DNA of 64,000 nt from a bacterium (GCA_018698675.1 JABIPA010000023.1:37409-101408); one strand, 5' to 3'. Positions 49,889 to 60,563 are shown, counted from the first letter of the stretch. Translations and numbers: made by a program. The notes: generated by a model not told the origin, from the letters alone.

Positions 49889-51358
49889 GTGATATTTAAT
49901 AAGTTAAAAGCTCTTTGCATTTTAGGAATTGATGCAGGATTTCATCATTCTGATACAGTTTCGCGACGGATTTACCTTACAAACCAGATTTCCATATTAC
50001 TTTTTTTTGTAGCAGCTCAATATATTTTTGTTTTTTCGATTATGGGACATCCGGAATTATTGGGATTTGTTTTTTTTACTCTATTTTTGTTTTCCAGTTC
50101 GCTTTACCTAAGTTATAAGAAACACTTTTTCTTATCCAAGTTAAACATAGTATTTTCAACTAACATCGTAATCTTGTTTTTTTCATGTGTTTTTGGAAAG
50201 GAATCGGGTGTCCAATATGTTTACTTTTCTTTGTTAATTCTCCCATTTTGTATTTTTTCTCCTAAACGAAAATATGTCGTGCTGTTTTCATCACTTTCCT
50301 TTGTTGCTTCGTATTATCTACTTTATATTTTTGATTTTTGTTTTTTTGATAAAGTCGTTACCAATAGTATCTATCAAACATTTATGTTCTATTCGGCATC
50401 TATTTCAATTTTTTTAATGTCTTTTCTTTTTCTTATTTTCTATTTTAGAGCCTCTGAAGAGGCCGAGAAACGCTTGGCTTTGGCAAATAGTTTGCTACAA
50501 GAGACAAATAAACAAATTATTAAGGTTAATGAAAATTTAGAACAATCAGAAAAAAGATTGGATATGGCATTTCATAAAAACATTAAAGAAAGCGAAGATT
50601 TACAAAAACAGGCAGCCGCTCACGTAGCATATGCTGAGGTTGTTGATGGGGTTGCTCACGAGTTATTTAATCCAATGCAACTTATCAGAGGACGTGCAGA
50701 ATTGATGACTACCAAGAAAGATGTAAACGAAGAAATATTGAAGTTTTCTAATTCAATTGTCAGAAGTATTGACCGATTGGATGCCATTTTGAAGCCCATG
50801 TTGACGTACGGACGAAAAACGTCGTTGATGAACCCTGTTAGTTTCAAATTACATGAACTGTTAAGTGACCTTTACGAAATTTCTGTGGGAAGTTTTAAAA
50901 AGAAAGGACTCTCATTTAATTTAGACTGTGAAGAAAACATGACCTGTTATGCTGATAAGTCTTATATTTTTCAAGCATTGGTTAATTTAGTAGTTAATGC
51001 GCAGCAGCACACTTCAAGAGGGGGGGCTCTTGATATTTGTGTTGAAGAGTCAGAGTATTTGGATCCGAAGCAACAATTGCGAGAAGGGGTTTGCATCTTT
51101 TTAAAAGATAATGGGGAAGGCATTGAAAAAGAAGAACTTGAAAGTATTTTTGTGCCTTATGTATCAGCAAAAAAAGAAGTAAGTAATATTGGATTGGGTT
51201 TAGCAATCGTTTTTAAAGCGATTACACAAAGTGAAGGGCACCTTGCTGTTGATTCTAAAAAAGGAAAGGGGACTACCTTTCGTCTTTATCTTCCAAAACA
51301 CCCTGCAATAGATAGAACGCTTCAAAAAGATAAATTAAATTATTACGAAAAAGGGTAA
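49889..51358 (+). CDS. Membrane sensor histidine kinase
   Basis: 489 aa with about six N-terminal TM helices and a coiled coil. The H-box is HELFNPMQLI, followed by the HATPase N/G boxes (DNGEGIEKEE, GLGLAIV). It has a GTG start, so the 5' end is uncertain. Confidence 0.8.
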   Translation: MIFNKLKALCILGIDAGFHHSDTVSRRIYLTNQISILLFFVAAQYIFVFSIMGHPELLGFVFFTLFLFSSSLYLSYKKHFFLSKLNIVFSTNIVILFFSCVFGKESGVQYVYFSLLILPFCIFSPKRKYVVLFSSLSFVASYYLLYIFDFCFFDKVVTNSIYQTFMFYSASISIFLMSFLFLIFYFRASEEAEKRLALANSLLQETNKQIIKVNENLEQSEKRLDMAFHKNIKESEDLQKQAAAHVAYAEVVDGVAHELFNPMQLIRGRAELMTTKKDVNEEILKFSNSIVRSIDRLDAILKPMLTYGRKTSLMNPVSFKLHELLSDLYEISVGSFKKKGLSFNLDCEENMTCYADKSYIFQALVNLVVNAQQHTSRGGALDICVEESEYLDPKQQLREGVCIFLKDNGEGIEKEELESIFVPYVSAKKEVSNIGLGLAIVFKAITQSEGHLAVDSKKGKGTTFRLYLPKHPAIDRTLQKDKLNYYEKG

Positions 51359-51520
51359 TTAGTCTTATTTTACCTTCAATTTAGTCCATATATTTCTATT
51401 TTATTTAATCTTTAGTCTCTTTTATCTTTTTTTTAAATCATGTATAAGTTTAGGTTGTTCTAGATTTAGAATATCTGTGTACAATTCTTTGATTTTAAAT
51501 TGATTTAGAGAGGTTTTGAA

Positions 51521-53914
51521 ATGGTTCATACAACATATAAACATAAAGTTATTTCCTTAGTTAAGATTCAATCTTTTATAGAAAAACAAGATGAGGAAAT
51601 GACTGCTGAGAGTAAAGCAAAACGAGAATGCATTGATTGGTTAAAAAGCGAGGGATTCGAATATGAGACGCCCGTTTTTCAAGCAAAGTATATAAAAGGG
51701 TCTTTTGAATCTGGGTTTGATTTCATTACGAAGAATAAAGGTGTCATTCCTCTTAATCTGTCTGTTCCACTAAAAACTTCTGACAAAGATGGAAAAACAC
51801 ATACTATTTTAAGATCATTTAATTTAAAGTTTCCCTTTGAGTTCCCTAGCATGGAATCTGTTTCTGAAAAATTTTCTCCTGAAAGATTAAAATCGGAAAA
51901 TGAATGGTTCGAAGAAATGTTTAATTACGGAAAGATTCGAGCGGACATAATCAAAAGTTTGGAAGAGTCGATATTGGCTAAAGTGACTGTAGAAGAAAAA
52001 TTAGAATTTGCTTTAAAGTCCTCAATGCAACAATTAACGATCTCAAGTGACTTATTTGATTCATTGGATGATGAGGAACGTGCTCCTTCTCCTCTGGACT
52101 CCGAATTAAAAGAATTTGAAGCATCTATAGATGAGAGAAAAAAGAAAGTTAAGCAATTTTTACATACTATTGATAAATTGATATTAAACCAACAGAGAAA
52201 TATGCCTTTATTATTAACGAGTCTCACATTTAATTCAGTGTCTTCACCGGATTACGTTGAATGTTCAAGAGTACAAAACTCCATTTTATTTGATAGTGAT
52301 AGTCTTTTTGAAAATATAGATTTTCCTTTTTTAGAGGATATGTCTTTAACTAGAACCGTTCTTGATAGATTTCGAGGAGGTCTTGGAAAACACAAGCCTG
52401 AGAGAGAGATTAGGGTTTTAAATGATGCTTTTTCTGGAAAAGGTTATGAATTCGCTAGGATAGGTGCCGAAGGTGTTCTTAGATCAATTATTGATCTAAT
52501 GAAAAAGGTTAGAGAAGTTGACCTTAGATGTAAAAGCACTCCTGGCTATGTTGAAATGGAAGACCCTATTTTACGATCATTTGACGATTATTTTGACGGT
52601 CAATATAACGAAATGCATGGAGAAAAACAAACGACAGCGCGTGACGATTCTGCGTTAACAAAGACGTGGGAATTAGGTGATTTTGGTGCGAATGAACTTA
52701 CTGCAAATAAGTGGAAAAAATTTGCAAATAGATCCTTAAAAAGTTTGAAAAGTCTCTTAAGTATGGATGGGTCAGCGTACAGCGCGACGTCTGATTTAAA
52801 TGATAGTGATAGCAGTTTATCAATGGGCAATGTTGATTTGTCCATTAGTAGATCTGGCGCTGCTTTAGGGCGACTTCTAAGCGAGTCCGATTTAACGGAT
52901 TTTAAGCAAGTGGTTGATATTAGTGATTCTAGTGGTGCTCTTGTAGAGAAGCCTCGTACTGTAAGAAGACATTCAAAAAATGAAACAGGACCGCACGAGA
53001 TTGAAGTGGAAAAGATTAGAAAGAGAAAAAGAGATAGGGCGAGAGGAGTAGGGTGCGTTTATGAAATGGCTTTAGTCGCGAACGGGATTAAATTAACCTA
53101 TAACGGCGTTGAACTGCCCTCTCTTTTGGACGAAAATATTGATTTTGGAAAACTACCTAAAGCATTAGGTGTGTATTTTGCCATTCTGAAAGTCTTTTTT
53201 AAGACGCTTGGCCTTGTTAATGATCTTATATCTTCTAGCAGAGAAGACGAAGAAGAAGATAATAAAGCGCTATCTAATGAGGTTCTATCCACGAATAAGA
53301 TTTTAAGTAAAATTGAAGGGATTAAGAAAAATATTAGTGATTTAGAATGTTATTTTGAAGGTAAAAAAGATAAGCCAAGGCAGTTAAAGCCTAGTTCTAA
53401 GGACACAAAAGGAACGATACCTGATGTGAAAGATATTGGATTAAAAAAGCTTATTGGAAAATTTAAAGAACTTTATACCGAAAAAATTGAATCTAGTTCG
53501 ATGAAAAATTATGATAAATCTATTTCCAATTCAGTAGAATATTTTGATAATCCCGACTTAAATGAAGAAACAAATGCTGTTTTAAGAGACTTTGTGGTTG
53601 GTGAAGCTAATATTTCCGATGCGGAAGCTACGTTTAAAAAAGAATATGCTGAGTTCAATAAGGCGATAAAAGTTTTAATTGAATGGATGTCTGGATACAC
53701 GGTTTCAGAAATTATAATTTTGAATGGAAGAAACGCACAGTTGGTATCTGTAGATAATTTTGAGGAAATTGCGGGAGAATCAGCAGATAGGGTATTAGGT
53801 GAATTTGTTGCTGATGAAGTCACAGGTATTTTGAATGGTCTAGAAGGAGAAGGTTTTTTAGGAAATACAGATCCAAGTAATATTCAGTTGGATTTAAATT
53901 CAGATAAAGAATAA
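51521..53914 (+). CDS. Hypothetical 797-aa protein (paralog B of the same uncharacterised family)
   Basis: SD GAGAGG. It aligns with paralog A along its length (ILFDSDSLFENIDFPFLED, SIIDLMKKV, IIILNGRN). Confidence 0.5.
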   Translation: MVHTTYKHKVISLVKIQSFIEKQDEEMTAESKAKRECIDWLKSEGFEYETPVFQAKYIKGSFESGFDFITKNKGVIPLNLSVPLKTSDKDGKTHTILRSFNLKFPFEFPSMESVSEKFSPERLKSENEWFEEMFNYGKIRADIIKSLEESILAKVTVEEKLEFALKSSMQQLTISSDLFDSLDDEERAPSPLDSELKEFEASIDERKKKVKQFLHTIDKLILNQQRNMPLLLTSLTFNSVSSPDYVECSRVQNSILFDSDSLFENIDFPFLEDMSLTRTVLDRFRGGLGKHKPEREIRVLNDAFSGKGYEFARIGAEGVLRSIIDLMKKVREVDLRCKSTPGYVEMEDPILRSFDDYFDGQYNEMHGEKQTTARDDSALTKTWELGDFGANELTANKWKKFANRSLKSLKSLLSMDGSAYSATSDLNDSDSSLSMGNVDLSISRSGAALGRLLSESDLTDFKQVVDISDSSGALVEKPRTVRRHSKNETGPHEIEVEKIRKRKRDRARGVGCVYEMALVANGIKLTYNGVELPSLLDENIDFGKLPKALGVYFAILKVFFKTLGLVNDLISSSREDEEEDNKALSNEVLSTNKILSKIEGIKKNISDLECYFEGKKDKPRQLKPSSKDTKGTIPDVKDIGLKKLIGKFKELYTEKIESSSMKNYDKSISNSVEYFDNPDLNEETNAVLRDFVVGEANISDAEATFKKEYAEFNKAIKVLIEWMSGYTVSEIIILNGRNAQLVSVDNFEEIAGESADRVLGEFVADEVTGILNGLEGEGFLGNTDPSNIQLDLNSDKE

Positions 53915-53965
53915 TTTTAACAAATTAAGTCTCAGAACCTGTAAAGCTTATAGTGTTTAATTATT

Positions 53966-56900
53966 TTACATGTAACGCCTAACAGTGGTCATTTCTTCGT
54001 ATAGTAACGATGGTATTTTCTTTCTGTAAGACAAAATACGTCCGTTACTAGGTAAGTGAACTTTTTTAATTAAAATTGATGCTGTGTTATCTTGTTTTTG
54101 ACATATGCCTGATATACATAAAAAAGCATGAGAATCGATTATTTCCTGATATTCAGAATAAACATCTGGCCTGCAGACAAGATTTATAGCCCCTGTTTCG
54201 TCCCAAATGGATATAAATACCATTCCTTTAGCGGTTGGTGGCGCTTGTCGACTAACAACCATACCAAAAACAGTGATACTAGCACGGTCATTTGTGAAAT
54301 GATTGATAGTTTCTGATAAGACTAACTTTTCTTTTGGATAGGTATATAACCACGAATACAACTTCATTAATTTTGTAGGGTGCTTTCCAAGTGAGGTAGT
54401 TGTCGACATATAGTCCAGCTGCATTTTTTCTACTTCAGACTCTTTTTTAAAAATTCCTTTTGATTGTGTTTCTTCTAGTGTGAAGTCAGACATTAATTGA
54501 TGTTTAAAGGGACTTGCTTCTGCTAGCCAAACGGAATCTTTTCTAGCAAGTCCAAAAAGGTGAAAAACGTTAGCTGCGGCAAGTGACGTAAAGTCGACTC
54601 GTGAAAGAAAGGATTCTCCAATTAAAGATTCCAGGGATAGTTCATGATTTTCAGATGATGGTTGTTTTTTTAGCCACTGTTTATATATGTTTGTTTTGTA
54701 GATAAGCCAAGGAGATATCCTCTTTTTGCTCAAGCCTTTAATTAATCTGAAACCAAGACGAATCCCATAAGTGAGAACTCCTTTTTTGTTCGGTTGTTTT
54801 TCCAGTTTATGATCCCAATCTGAGTAAACAGAGCAAATGGGGAATACGTCTACACCTGTATGTTGCGCTGTTTTTATAAGAGTATCAGGTACGTAAAATC
54901 CCATTGGTTGTGAATTTAAAATTGCTGCGAAAAATGCGGCAGGATAGTGACATTTTAGATAAGATGTAATGTATGCCAAATGGGCAAATGAGGCAGCATG
55001 ACTTTCTGGAAACCCATAGCTAGCAAAACCTTTTATATGACCTAGAATACTTTGGATAAATGCAGGAGGTACTTTATTTTTTTTCATGCCTAGTTCTAGT
55101 TTTTTGACCCAAAATTCAGGGTCGGACCTTAAAGTGAATGCACCGATGCTTTTACGTAACTCATTGGCTTCTCCTGCGGTAAAATCTCCAACCGCAATGG
55201 CAACTCTCATTACTTGTTCTTGAAAAATGGGAACGCCATATGTTCGTTTCAAAATGGGTTCGAGTCTTGGGTCTGGAAAAGACACAGGCTCTAGTCCTAA
55301 CCTACGATTGAGGTAAGGATGAATCATTCCTCCTTGAATAGGTCCCGGCCGTATAATTGCGACTTGTACGACTAAGTCATAAAAATTTCTTGGTTTATGT
55401 TTTGGAAGGAATGACATTTGAGCTCGAGATTCAATTTGAAAAGTACCAACGGTGTCTGCTTTTTGAATCATTTTGTATGTTTTTGGATCGTCAGAGGGTA
55501 TATCTGACATGCTTAATGATTCATTATAGGTATCTTTTATATAGGACAGACATTTACGAATCATTGTTAATCCCCCTAGAGCTAGAATATCTATTTTAAA
55601 AAAGCCCAATGCTTCAATATCATCCTTGCACCATTCAATAACGGTGCGTCCTTCCATGCTTGCAGGCTCCTGAGGACATATATAGTTCATTGATTTGTCT
55701 GAGATAACAAATCCTCCGGAATGTATACCAAGATGGCGAGGGAATCCAACGAGCTGAGTAGCCATTTGTGACCATAGATCCCATAGGAAGGGAGATGAAA
55801 GCCGCGAACTCCCATTACTATCTTTTTTCTCTGACTTTTTTGAGAGAGTCGACTCAAACTGATTTATTTGAGTTTGAACATCGTCGTAAACAAGATCAAT
55901 TGTTTCTTTAAATGGTTGTCGTCTAAATTGACGTGTTTGAAGCCGTTTAGCAGCTTTAGATAATATCTCATCTGGAAATCCTAATGCTTTTCCAGCAGCA
56001 CGAAGTGCACCTTTTGATTTAAAGGTAATAACATTACAAACCATAGCAGCTTTGTCTCGTCCAAATCGACGATAAATGTATTGGATGACTTCTTCTCGTC
56101 GTTCATGTTCGAAGTCGACATCGATATCAGGGGGTTCTCCACGTTCAACACTAATAAATCGTTCGAATAATAGGTCAAAATGGAGTGGGTTTACAGATGT
56201 GATTCCCAATACAAAGCAAATCGCACTATTAGCAGCGGAACCTCGTCCTTGGCATAGAATACTCTGTTTTCGTGCCCATTGAACAATATCGTAAACCGTC
56301 AAAAAATAGTCTGCAAAATTTAGGGTATTTACTAGTGAAAGTTCATGTTCAAGCGTTTCTATAATTTTACTAGGAATAGATTTTCCATAGATATCTTTTG
56401 CATATGACCAGGTTAAAGAGTCTAGGTAGTCTTGAGGGCTCATGTTGTTTGGAATCATTTCTTTTGGATAGTTGTATGTCAGTTGGTTAAGTTTAAATGA
56501 GAATTCGTTGGACAGTTCAATAGAATTTTTTAATCCTAATTGATAATTAGGTAATGGGGAATAACAATGGTGTAATGCATCGATAGATTGGGGGGAGCGA
56601 AGGCTATTGATAAAACAATGCTCAGTAATATCGTTTATTGGGATGTTTGTTCGGATAGAGTGTAAAAGATCGCTCAATGGTTTTTTTGAGGGGGCATCAA
56701 AGAATATATCTTGAGAAAATAAAAATTTTGAGCCGGTTTGTTTAATACAATCTAGAGTAGGTGAGATCCATACGTCTTCGCCTGGGTTCAAATGACGACT
56801 GATTACAAAGTAAAATCGGTTTTTTACATGTTCTTTTAAAATTCTGGATCGAGTGATCACTTCTTGCTTTGAAGCATCTGTTCCGTGTCGAATGAGTCCA

Positions 56901-57328
56901 CGCATTGGTTGTAAAATAGCTAAATCATCACATGAGTGCTTCAATATGTCTTCAAGTGTTAGATAAGCATTTGATTTCCCATGTTTATGAGCGCTTGTTA
57001 TTAGGGAGCAAAGGTTAAAATAGCCTTTTTTTGTAAGAGCATAGAAGACTAATGTATCTTGAAGATAAATGGGTAGGTCATGATCAGGGCGAATGTGAAG
57101 TTCTGCTCCATAATGAAGGTTTAAATTAAGAGCATGTCCTTCTTTTTTAAGCTTTAGGTGCTCTCTATAAGCGCGAGCAATACCATAAACACCATTGAAG
57201 TCAGAAATACCTAGGGATGAATAATTAAATTCACCAGCTTTTTGTATTAATTCAATAGGGTGAGATGCTCCAATTAAAAAAGAAAAATTTGTATGACACA
57301 ACCACTCATGCCAGCAGATTTTTAACAT
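53966..57328 (-). CDS. dnaE2: Error-prone DNA polymerase DnaE2 (ImuC)
   Basis: 1120 aa with a PHP-domain N-terminus (LCHTNFSFLIGASHPIELI), pol III alpha catalytic core motifs, and an OB fold. It lacks the tau-binding and beta-binding tail of replicative DnaE. It sits downstream of imuA-imuB. Confidence 0.9.
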   Translation of the reverse strand: MLKICWHEWLCHTNFSFLIGASHPIELIQKAGEFNYSSLGISDFNGVYGIARAYREHLKLKKEGHALNLNLHYGAELHIRPDHDLPIYLQDTLVFYALTKKGYFNLCSLITSAHKHGKSNAYLTLEDILKHSCDDLAILQPMRGLIRHGTDASKQEVITRSRILKEHVKNRFYFVISRHLNPGEDVWISPTLDCIKQTGSKFLFSQDIFFDAPSKKPLSDLLHSIRTNIPINDITEHCFINSLRSPQSIDALHHCYSPLPNYQLGLKNSIELSNEFSFKLNQLTYNYPKEMIPNNMSPQDYLDSLTWSYAKDIYGKSIPSKIIETLEHELSLVNTLNFADYFLTVYDIVQWARKQSILCQGRGSAANSAICFVLGITSVNPLHFDLLFERFISVERGEPPDIDVDFEHERREEVIQYIYRRFGRDKAAMVCNVITFKSKGALRAAGKALGFPDEILSKAAKRLQTRQFRRQPFKETIDLVYDDVQTQINQFESTLSKKSEKKDSNGSSRLSSPFLWDLWSQMATQLVGFPRHLGIHSGGFVISDKSMNYICPQEPASMEGRTVIEWCKDDIEALGFFKIDILALGGLTMIRKCLSYIKDTYNESLSMSDIPSDDPKTYKMIQKADTVGTFQIESRAQMSFLPKHKPRNFYDLVVQVAIIRPGPIQGGMIHPYLNRRLGLEPVSFPDPRLEPILKRTYGVPIFQEQVMRVAIAVGDFTAGEANELRKSIGAFTLRSDPEFWVKKLELGMKKNKVPPAFIQSILGHIKGFASYGFPESHAASFAHLAYITSYLKCHYPAAFFAAILNSQPMGFYVPDTLIKTAQHTGVDVFPICSVYSDWDHKLEKQPNKKGVLTYGIRLGFRLIKGLSKKRISPWLIYKTNIYKQWLKKQPSSENHELSLESLIGESFLSRVDFTSLAAANVFHLFGLARKDSVWLAEASPFKHQLMSDFTLEETQSKGIFKKESEVEKMQLDYMSTTTSLGKHPTKLMKLYSWLYTYPKEKLVLSETINHFTNDRASITVFGMVVSRQAPPTAKGMVFISIWDETGAINLVCRPDVYSEYQEIIDSHAFLCISGICQKQDNTASILIKKVHLPSNGRILSYRKKIPSLLYEEMTTVRRYM

Positions 57329-57793
57329 TTATAGTAATCCTTATTCTTTTTATTTTTATTTATACAAATAAAAATGCTCGTTGCCAGTTAGAAATCCAAA
57401 TACATAGGGCCAGACAAATAAAGATGCCCGTTTTCAGGTTAGTATGCCGTGTATGCCCATACACAAATACAAACATGGAGGAGGGCATCTTTATTTGGGC
57501 TAGCTATATGGGTTTAAAGAAAGACCAGAAGAGTAGAACCAACACAAACAACAAATATGATTGATGTAATTGAATGATGTGGACGAGTAAATGCGGTTTT
57601 TTTCTACGTTGTTTAGGTTTTAAATAATCTCTAGTATTTAACCGAGAAATATCAAACGTCTTAATGGCACCTTTTGTACGTACGGCCATTGATTTGTTGT
57701 AAGAGAAGGCTAATAAAAAAGGATTAAAATAGACGCCGTTAGTTAATGGTTTATGGGTATATTTATATGTATGTGAATAAGAAAATAGTTTAA

Positions 57794-59254
57794 TCATGAA
57801 AATACTCCGTATGATATGGCTTTTGACTGACTTGGAAACTTTACGCCCCATTCCCATCGTCCGTTTCGCTTCCATCTGTAATAATTGTGATCTGTATAGC
57901 TAGTTGTGTCTAAAAATGTAGACAATTGAGATTTCTCCCACCACTTTGTCATGGTCCGTTCCAATGGCACACAACGAATGGGGAGTTTGTTGACCTGAAT
58001 AGGTCGCTTGTATAAAAACAATGGTCTGTTTTTAGAAATACTTTTCAGGCTTTTATTAAATTTATTCGTTGTTACTGATAATACATTCTTGTTGTTATCC
58101 TCTTTAAAAGAAGATGTTGGACACCAGTCATTTTGCATGGAGTATGTCATTAACTTAACAGCCGAATTGTTTTCTATATGTTTAAAGGTAGAATCACCAT
58201 CACTATTTTGATAATCACCCCATAAATCTGTTTGAATAATAGGGACGTTAATTTTTTCTTCTATGCATAATCTCCATTCGATAATATTCAGAGTATTCGT
58301 TTTAGATTGAATGGCCTCAAATGCTAATTTGAAATGAAGAAGCGCAGTTAACTGGTCTCCTTTTTGAGAATGTAATGCATGAGGATGTTTAAATCTCACA
58401 AAGACAGGAACATTTGTTTTATTTTCTAAATAAATATTCCATGAAAAAACCAACACACGTTCATCTAATTGACGAGATTTAGAGGTAATGAACTTATCTA
58501 AATCTTTTTGTAAGTAAGAAACGATGTATTCCCAATTATTAAGAGGGTACGTTAAGTACCGTATAATAATTTCTTTTGGTTCTGCTTTCCACGGTTGCCA
58601 TGGAAAGTCTTGTATCGAATCTGAAAATGTAGCACTTAGCAATGAAGCAAGTCGTTTTCCATATCGTCGTTGAATCCCTAGTTTTGTAAGACTAGATGCA
58701 TCAATTGGGCTTATAAGTCCTAATTTTGGAGCAGCGAGCTTTAGACGTGAGCAATACTTTTTTATACTACTTAATCGAAAACCTTTTGGTTTAAGTGAGT
58801 CCCAATATGAAATAATTTGGTTAACGATTGTCCACCAGTCATTCCAAGACATTGTATTATAAAAATGTTTAGCAAATTTAGACTGACTATGAACAAGTCC
58901 CACAGACTGTTTTGTCTTTAAAATTTCCAATAAAATCAATCCCTGAAAAGGGTTTTTAGCATACACAGCTCGTGGAGATACTAATGTTGTATTGCTTAAA
59001 GATAACGTATCTTTAGGTGTACCATTTTGATCTGGTTGATTAGGCATTATTATGCCAAAATTTCTTACTAATAAATCCTGCCATGATTGAAACATTTTTT
59101 CGGAATCCATATGCTGTTGGAGCCAAAATGTCATTGCAGGTTTTAAGTCAAGAATCCATATAGAATCAGACCATTTCATGATTAAAGGGGTAAGGCATTC
59201 GAGAGATGATGCTTCCTTTATTTTTTCGTTAATTTCTAGACAAATGTACCCCAT
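57794..59254 (-). CDS. imuB: ImuB (Y-family polymerase-like protein of the mutagenesis cassette)
   Basis: 486 aa with an N-terminal UmuC/DinB-like fold lacking the catalytic carboxylates. It lies between imuA and dnaE2. Confidence 0.75.
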   Translation of the reverse strand: MGYICLEINEKIKEASSLECLTPLIMKWSDSIWILDLKPAMTFWLQQHMDSEKMFQSWQDLLVRNFGIIMPNQPDQNGTPKDTLSLSNTTLVSPRAVYAKNPFQGLILLEILKTKQSVGLVHSQSKFAKHFYNTMSWNDWWTIVNQIISYWDSLKPKGFRLSSIKKYCSRLKLAAPKLGLISPIDASSLTKLGIQRRYGKRLASLLSATFSDSIQDFPWQPWKAEPKEIIIRYLTYPLNNWEYIVSYLQKDLDKFITSKSRQLDERVLVFSWNIYLENKTNVPVFVRFKHPHALHSQKGDQLTALLHFKLAFEAIQSKTNTLNIIEWRLCIEEKINVPIIQTDLWGDYQNSDGDSTFKHIENNSAVKLMTYSMQNDWCPTSSFKEDNNKNVLSVTTNKFNKSLKSISKNRPLFLYKRPIQVNKLPIRCVPLERTMTKWWEKSQLSTFLDTTSYTDHNYYRWKRNGRWEWGVKFPSQSKAISYGVFS

Positions 59255-59255
59255 A

Positions 59256-59822
59256 TTACGCAGATAATTCCTCGAGTTCTGTATGTTGAATTTCTAATTC
59301 TCTATAAGATAGTCCTCTTAAAACGGTTAACTTTAATCTATTGTCTTGAGTTGCAGAATTAACATTTATACGTAAATGAGCAAATGGATTCCCTTGTTTT
59401 GATGACAATAAATGTGGCCTTAAAACTAATATTGTTTGTTTTGTTGTTTGTAGTTGATTTCTAATAAAAGCCATGTCTATTTTAGACATTTGCTTATCTC
59501 CTGCATCAAAAACAATCATGTCAAAATAATTGCGTAATAATGCTGGTTTTAATGCTTTCATGGGGTCGTCGGACGTTGTGAAAAAAATAGATTGAGGGTC
59601 TATTCCACGTGCATACCAAGCCGGAGGAAATATGGTTAAATCGGCGTGCCCATTTACCCATAAAACACGTTTTTGAGATTGAGATGCTTGTTTTAAAAAA
59701 GTTAAAACTAATTCTCTACCTCGTTGACCGGCGGGGATGCCCCACTCACTAATACGTTTTTCTGGAATACCTCCATCTAAAAAAGATGTTATTTTTGAAA
59801 CTGATGAACTATATTTAATCAT
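59256..59822 (-). CDS. imuA: ImuA (SulA/RecA-fold protein of the mutagenesis cassette)
   Basis: 188 aa with an N-terminus (SFLDGGIPEKRISEWGIPAGQRGRELVL) matching the ImuA pattern. It is 1 bp upstream of imuB and 4 bp downstream of lexA. Confidence 0.7.
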   Translation of the reverse strand: MIKYSSSVSKITSFLDGGIPEKRISEWGIPAGQRGRELVLTFLKQASQSQKRVLWVNGHADLTIFPPAWYARGIDPQSIFFTTSDDPMKALKPALLRNYFDMIVFDAGDKQMSKIDMAFIRNQLQTTKQTILVLRPHLLSSKQGNPFAHLRINVNSATQDNRLKLTVLRGLSYRELEIQHTELEELSA

Positions 59823-59826
59823 TTTT

Positions 59827-60507
59827 TTATCCCTTTCTTACTAAACCTAAATACCGACCAACTATCTCAATTCGATGTGCTTTTAAACGCTTAATAGGGA
59901 AGTTAGGATTAGAAGGAATTAAAGATACCCAGTCATCATGTTTTTCCACTCTTTTTAACGTGAACTCATCATTGTCGACACGAACAGCGACAATATCATG
60001 TGATTTATAGTTAGATTGTTTTTTTATAATGGCAACATCTCCATCACATATATAATCGCCTATCATGCTATCTCCAGAAACATAGAGACCAAAGACAAGT
60101 TTTGATGCATCAAAAAACTCTGGAGATAAGTCTAATGTTTGTTTCTCATCTGTTTCAGAGCTAAATGGGTGCCCAGCAGCAATGCTTCCTAAGATATCAA
60201 TTGTGTTGTCTGGAAAATCTAATAAATTTGTATCTTCGCTAGAAGAATCATCAGTAGGCTGCGTATATGATTGTTCTTTAGTTCTTAGTAAAGAAGTTAT
60301 TGATTCAGGTGACAAAGAATATGCTGCTGTATCTACTTGTTTATCGAATAACATGCCTTTCTTTTTTAGTGCGTTGATATGTTGTTGAATAGCAGTTGCT
60401 GTTAGTTGAAAGTTTTTCCCCATTTCTCTAACAGACGGATGAATTCCCTTTTCTTTATAGTGAGATTGAATATATGAGAGAATATTTTGTTGCTTGTCGG
60501 TTAACAT
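59827..60507 (-). CDS. lexA: LexA repressor (S24 peptidase)
   Basis: 226 aa with an N-terminal winged HTH, a cleavage-site region, the catalytic Ser (VSGDSM) and Lys (VAIIKK). There is a strong SD (AAAGGAGGTAG). Confidence 0.9.
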   Translation of the reverse strand: MLTDKQQNILSYIQSHYKEKGIHPSVREMGKNFQLTATAIQQHINALKKKGMLFDKQVDTAAYSLSPESITSLLRTKEQSYTQPTDDSSSEDTNLLDFPDNTIDILGSIAAGHPFSSETDEKQTLDLSPEFFDASKLVFGLYVSGDSMIGDYICDGDVAIIKKQSNYKSHDIVAVRVDNDEFTLKRVEKHDDWVSLIPSNPNFPIKRLKAHRIEIVGRYLGLVRKG

Positions 60508-60551
60508 TTTCTACCTCCTTTTTAGATATATTTTAATAATACATTAACAGC

Positions 60552-60563
60552 GTACATATGTAC
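60552..60563. promoter_or_regulatory. Candidate LexA operator (perfect palindrome GTACATATGTAC) in the lexA promoter
   Basis: 12-bp perfect palindrome about 45 bp upstream of the lexA ATG, embedded in AT-rich promoter-like sequence. The flanks extend to CTGTACATATGTACGC on the minus strand. Confidence 0.45.

Noticed and set aside
57504-57875. 123-aa ORF overlapping the 3' end of imuB, and a 99-aa plus-strand ORF (57265..57564) in the imuB-dnaE2 gap
   Set aside because: Both have low-complexity, hydrophobic or basic junk-like translations with no RBS. The first overlaps the imuB coding end in another frame. The region is better explained as a structured non-coding gap.
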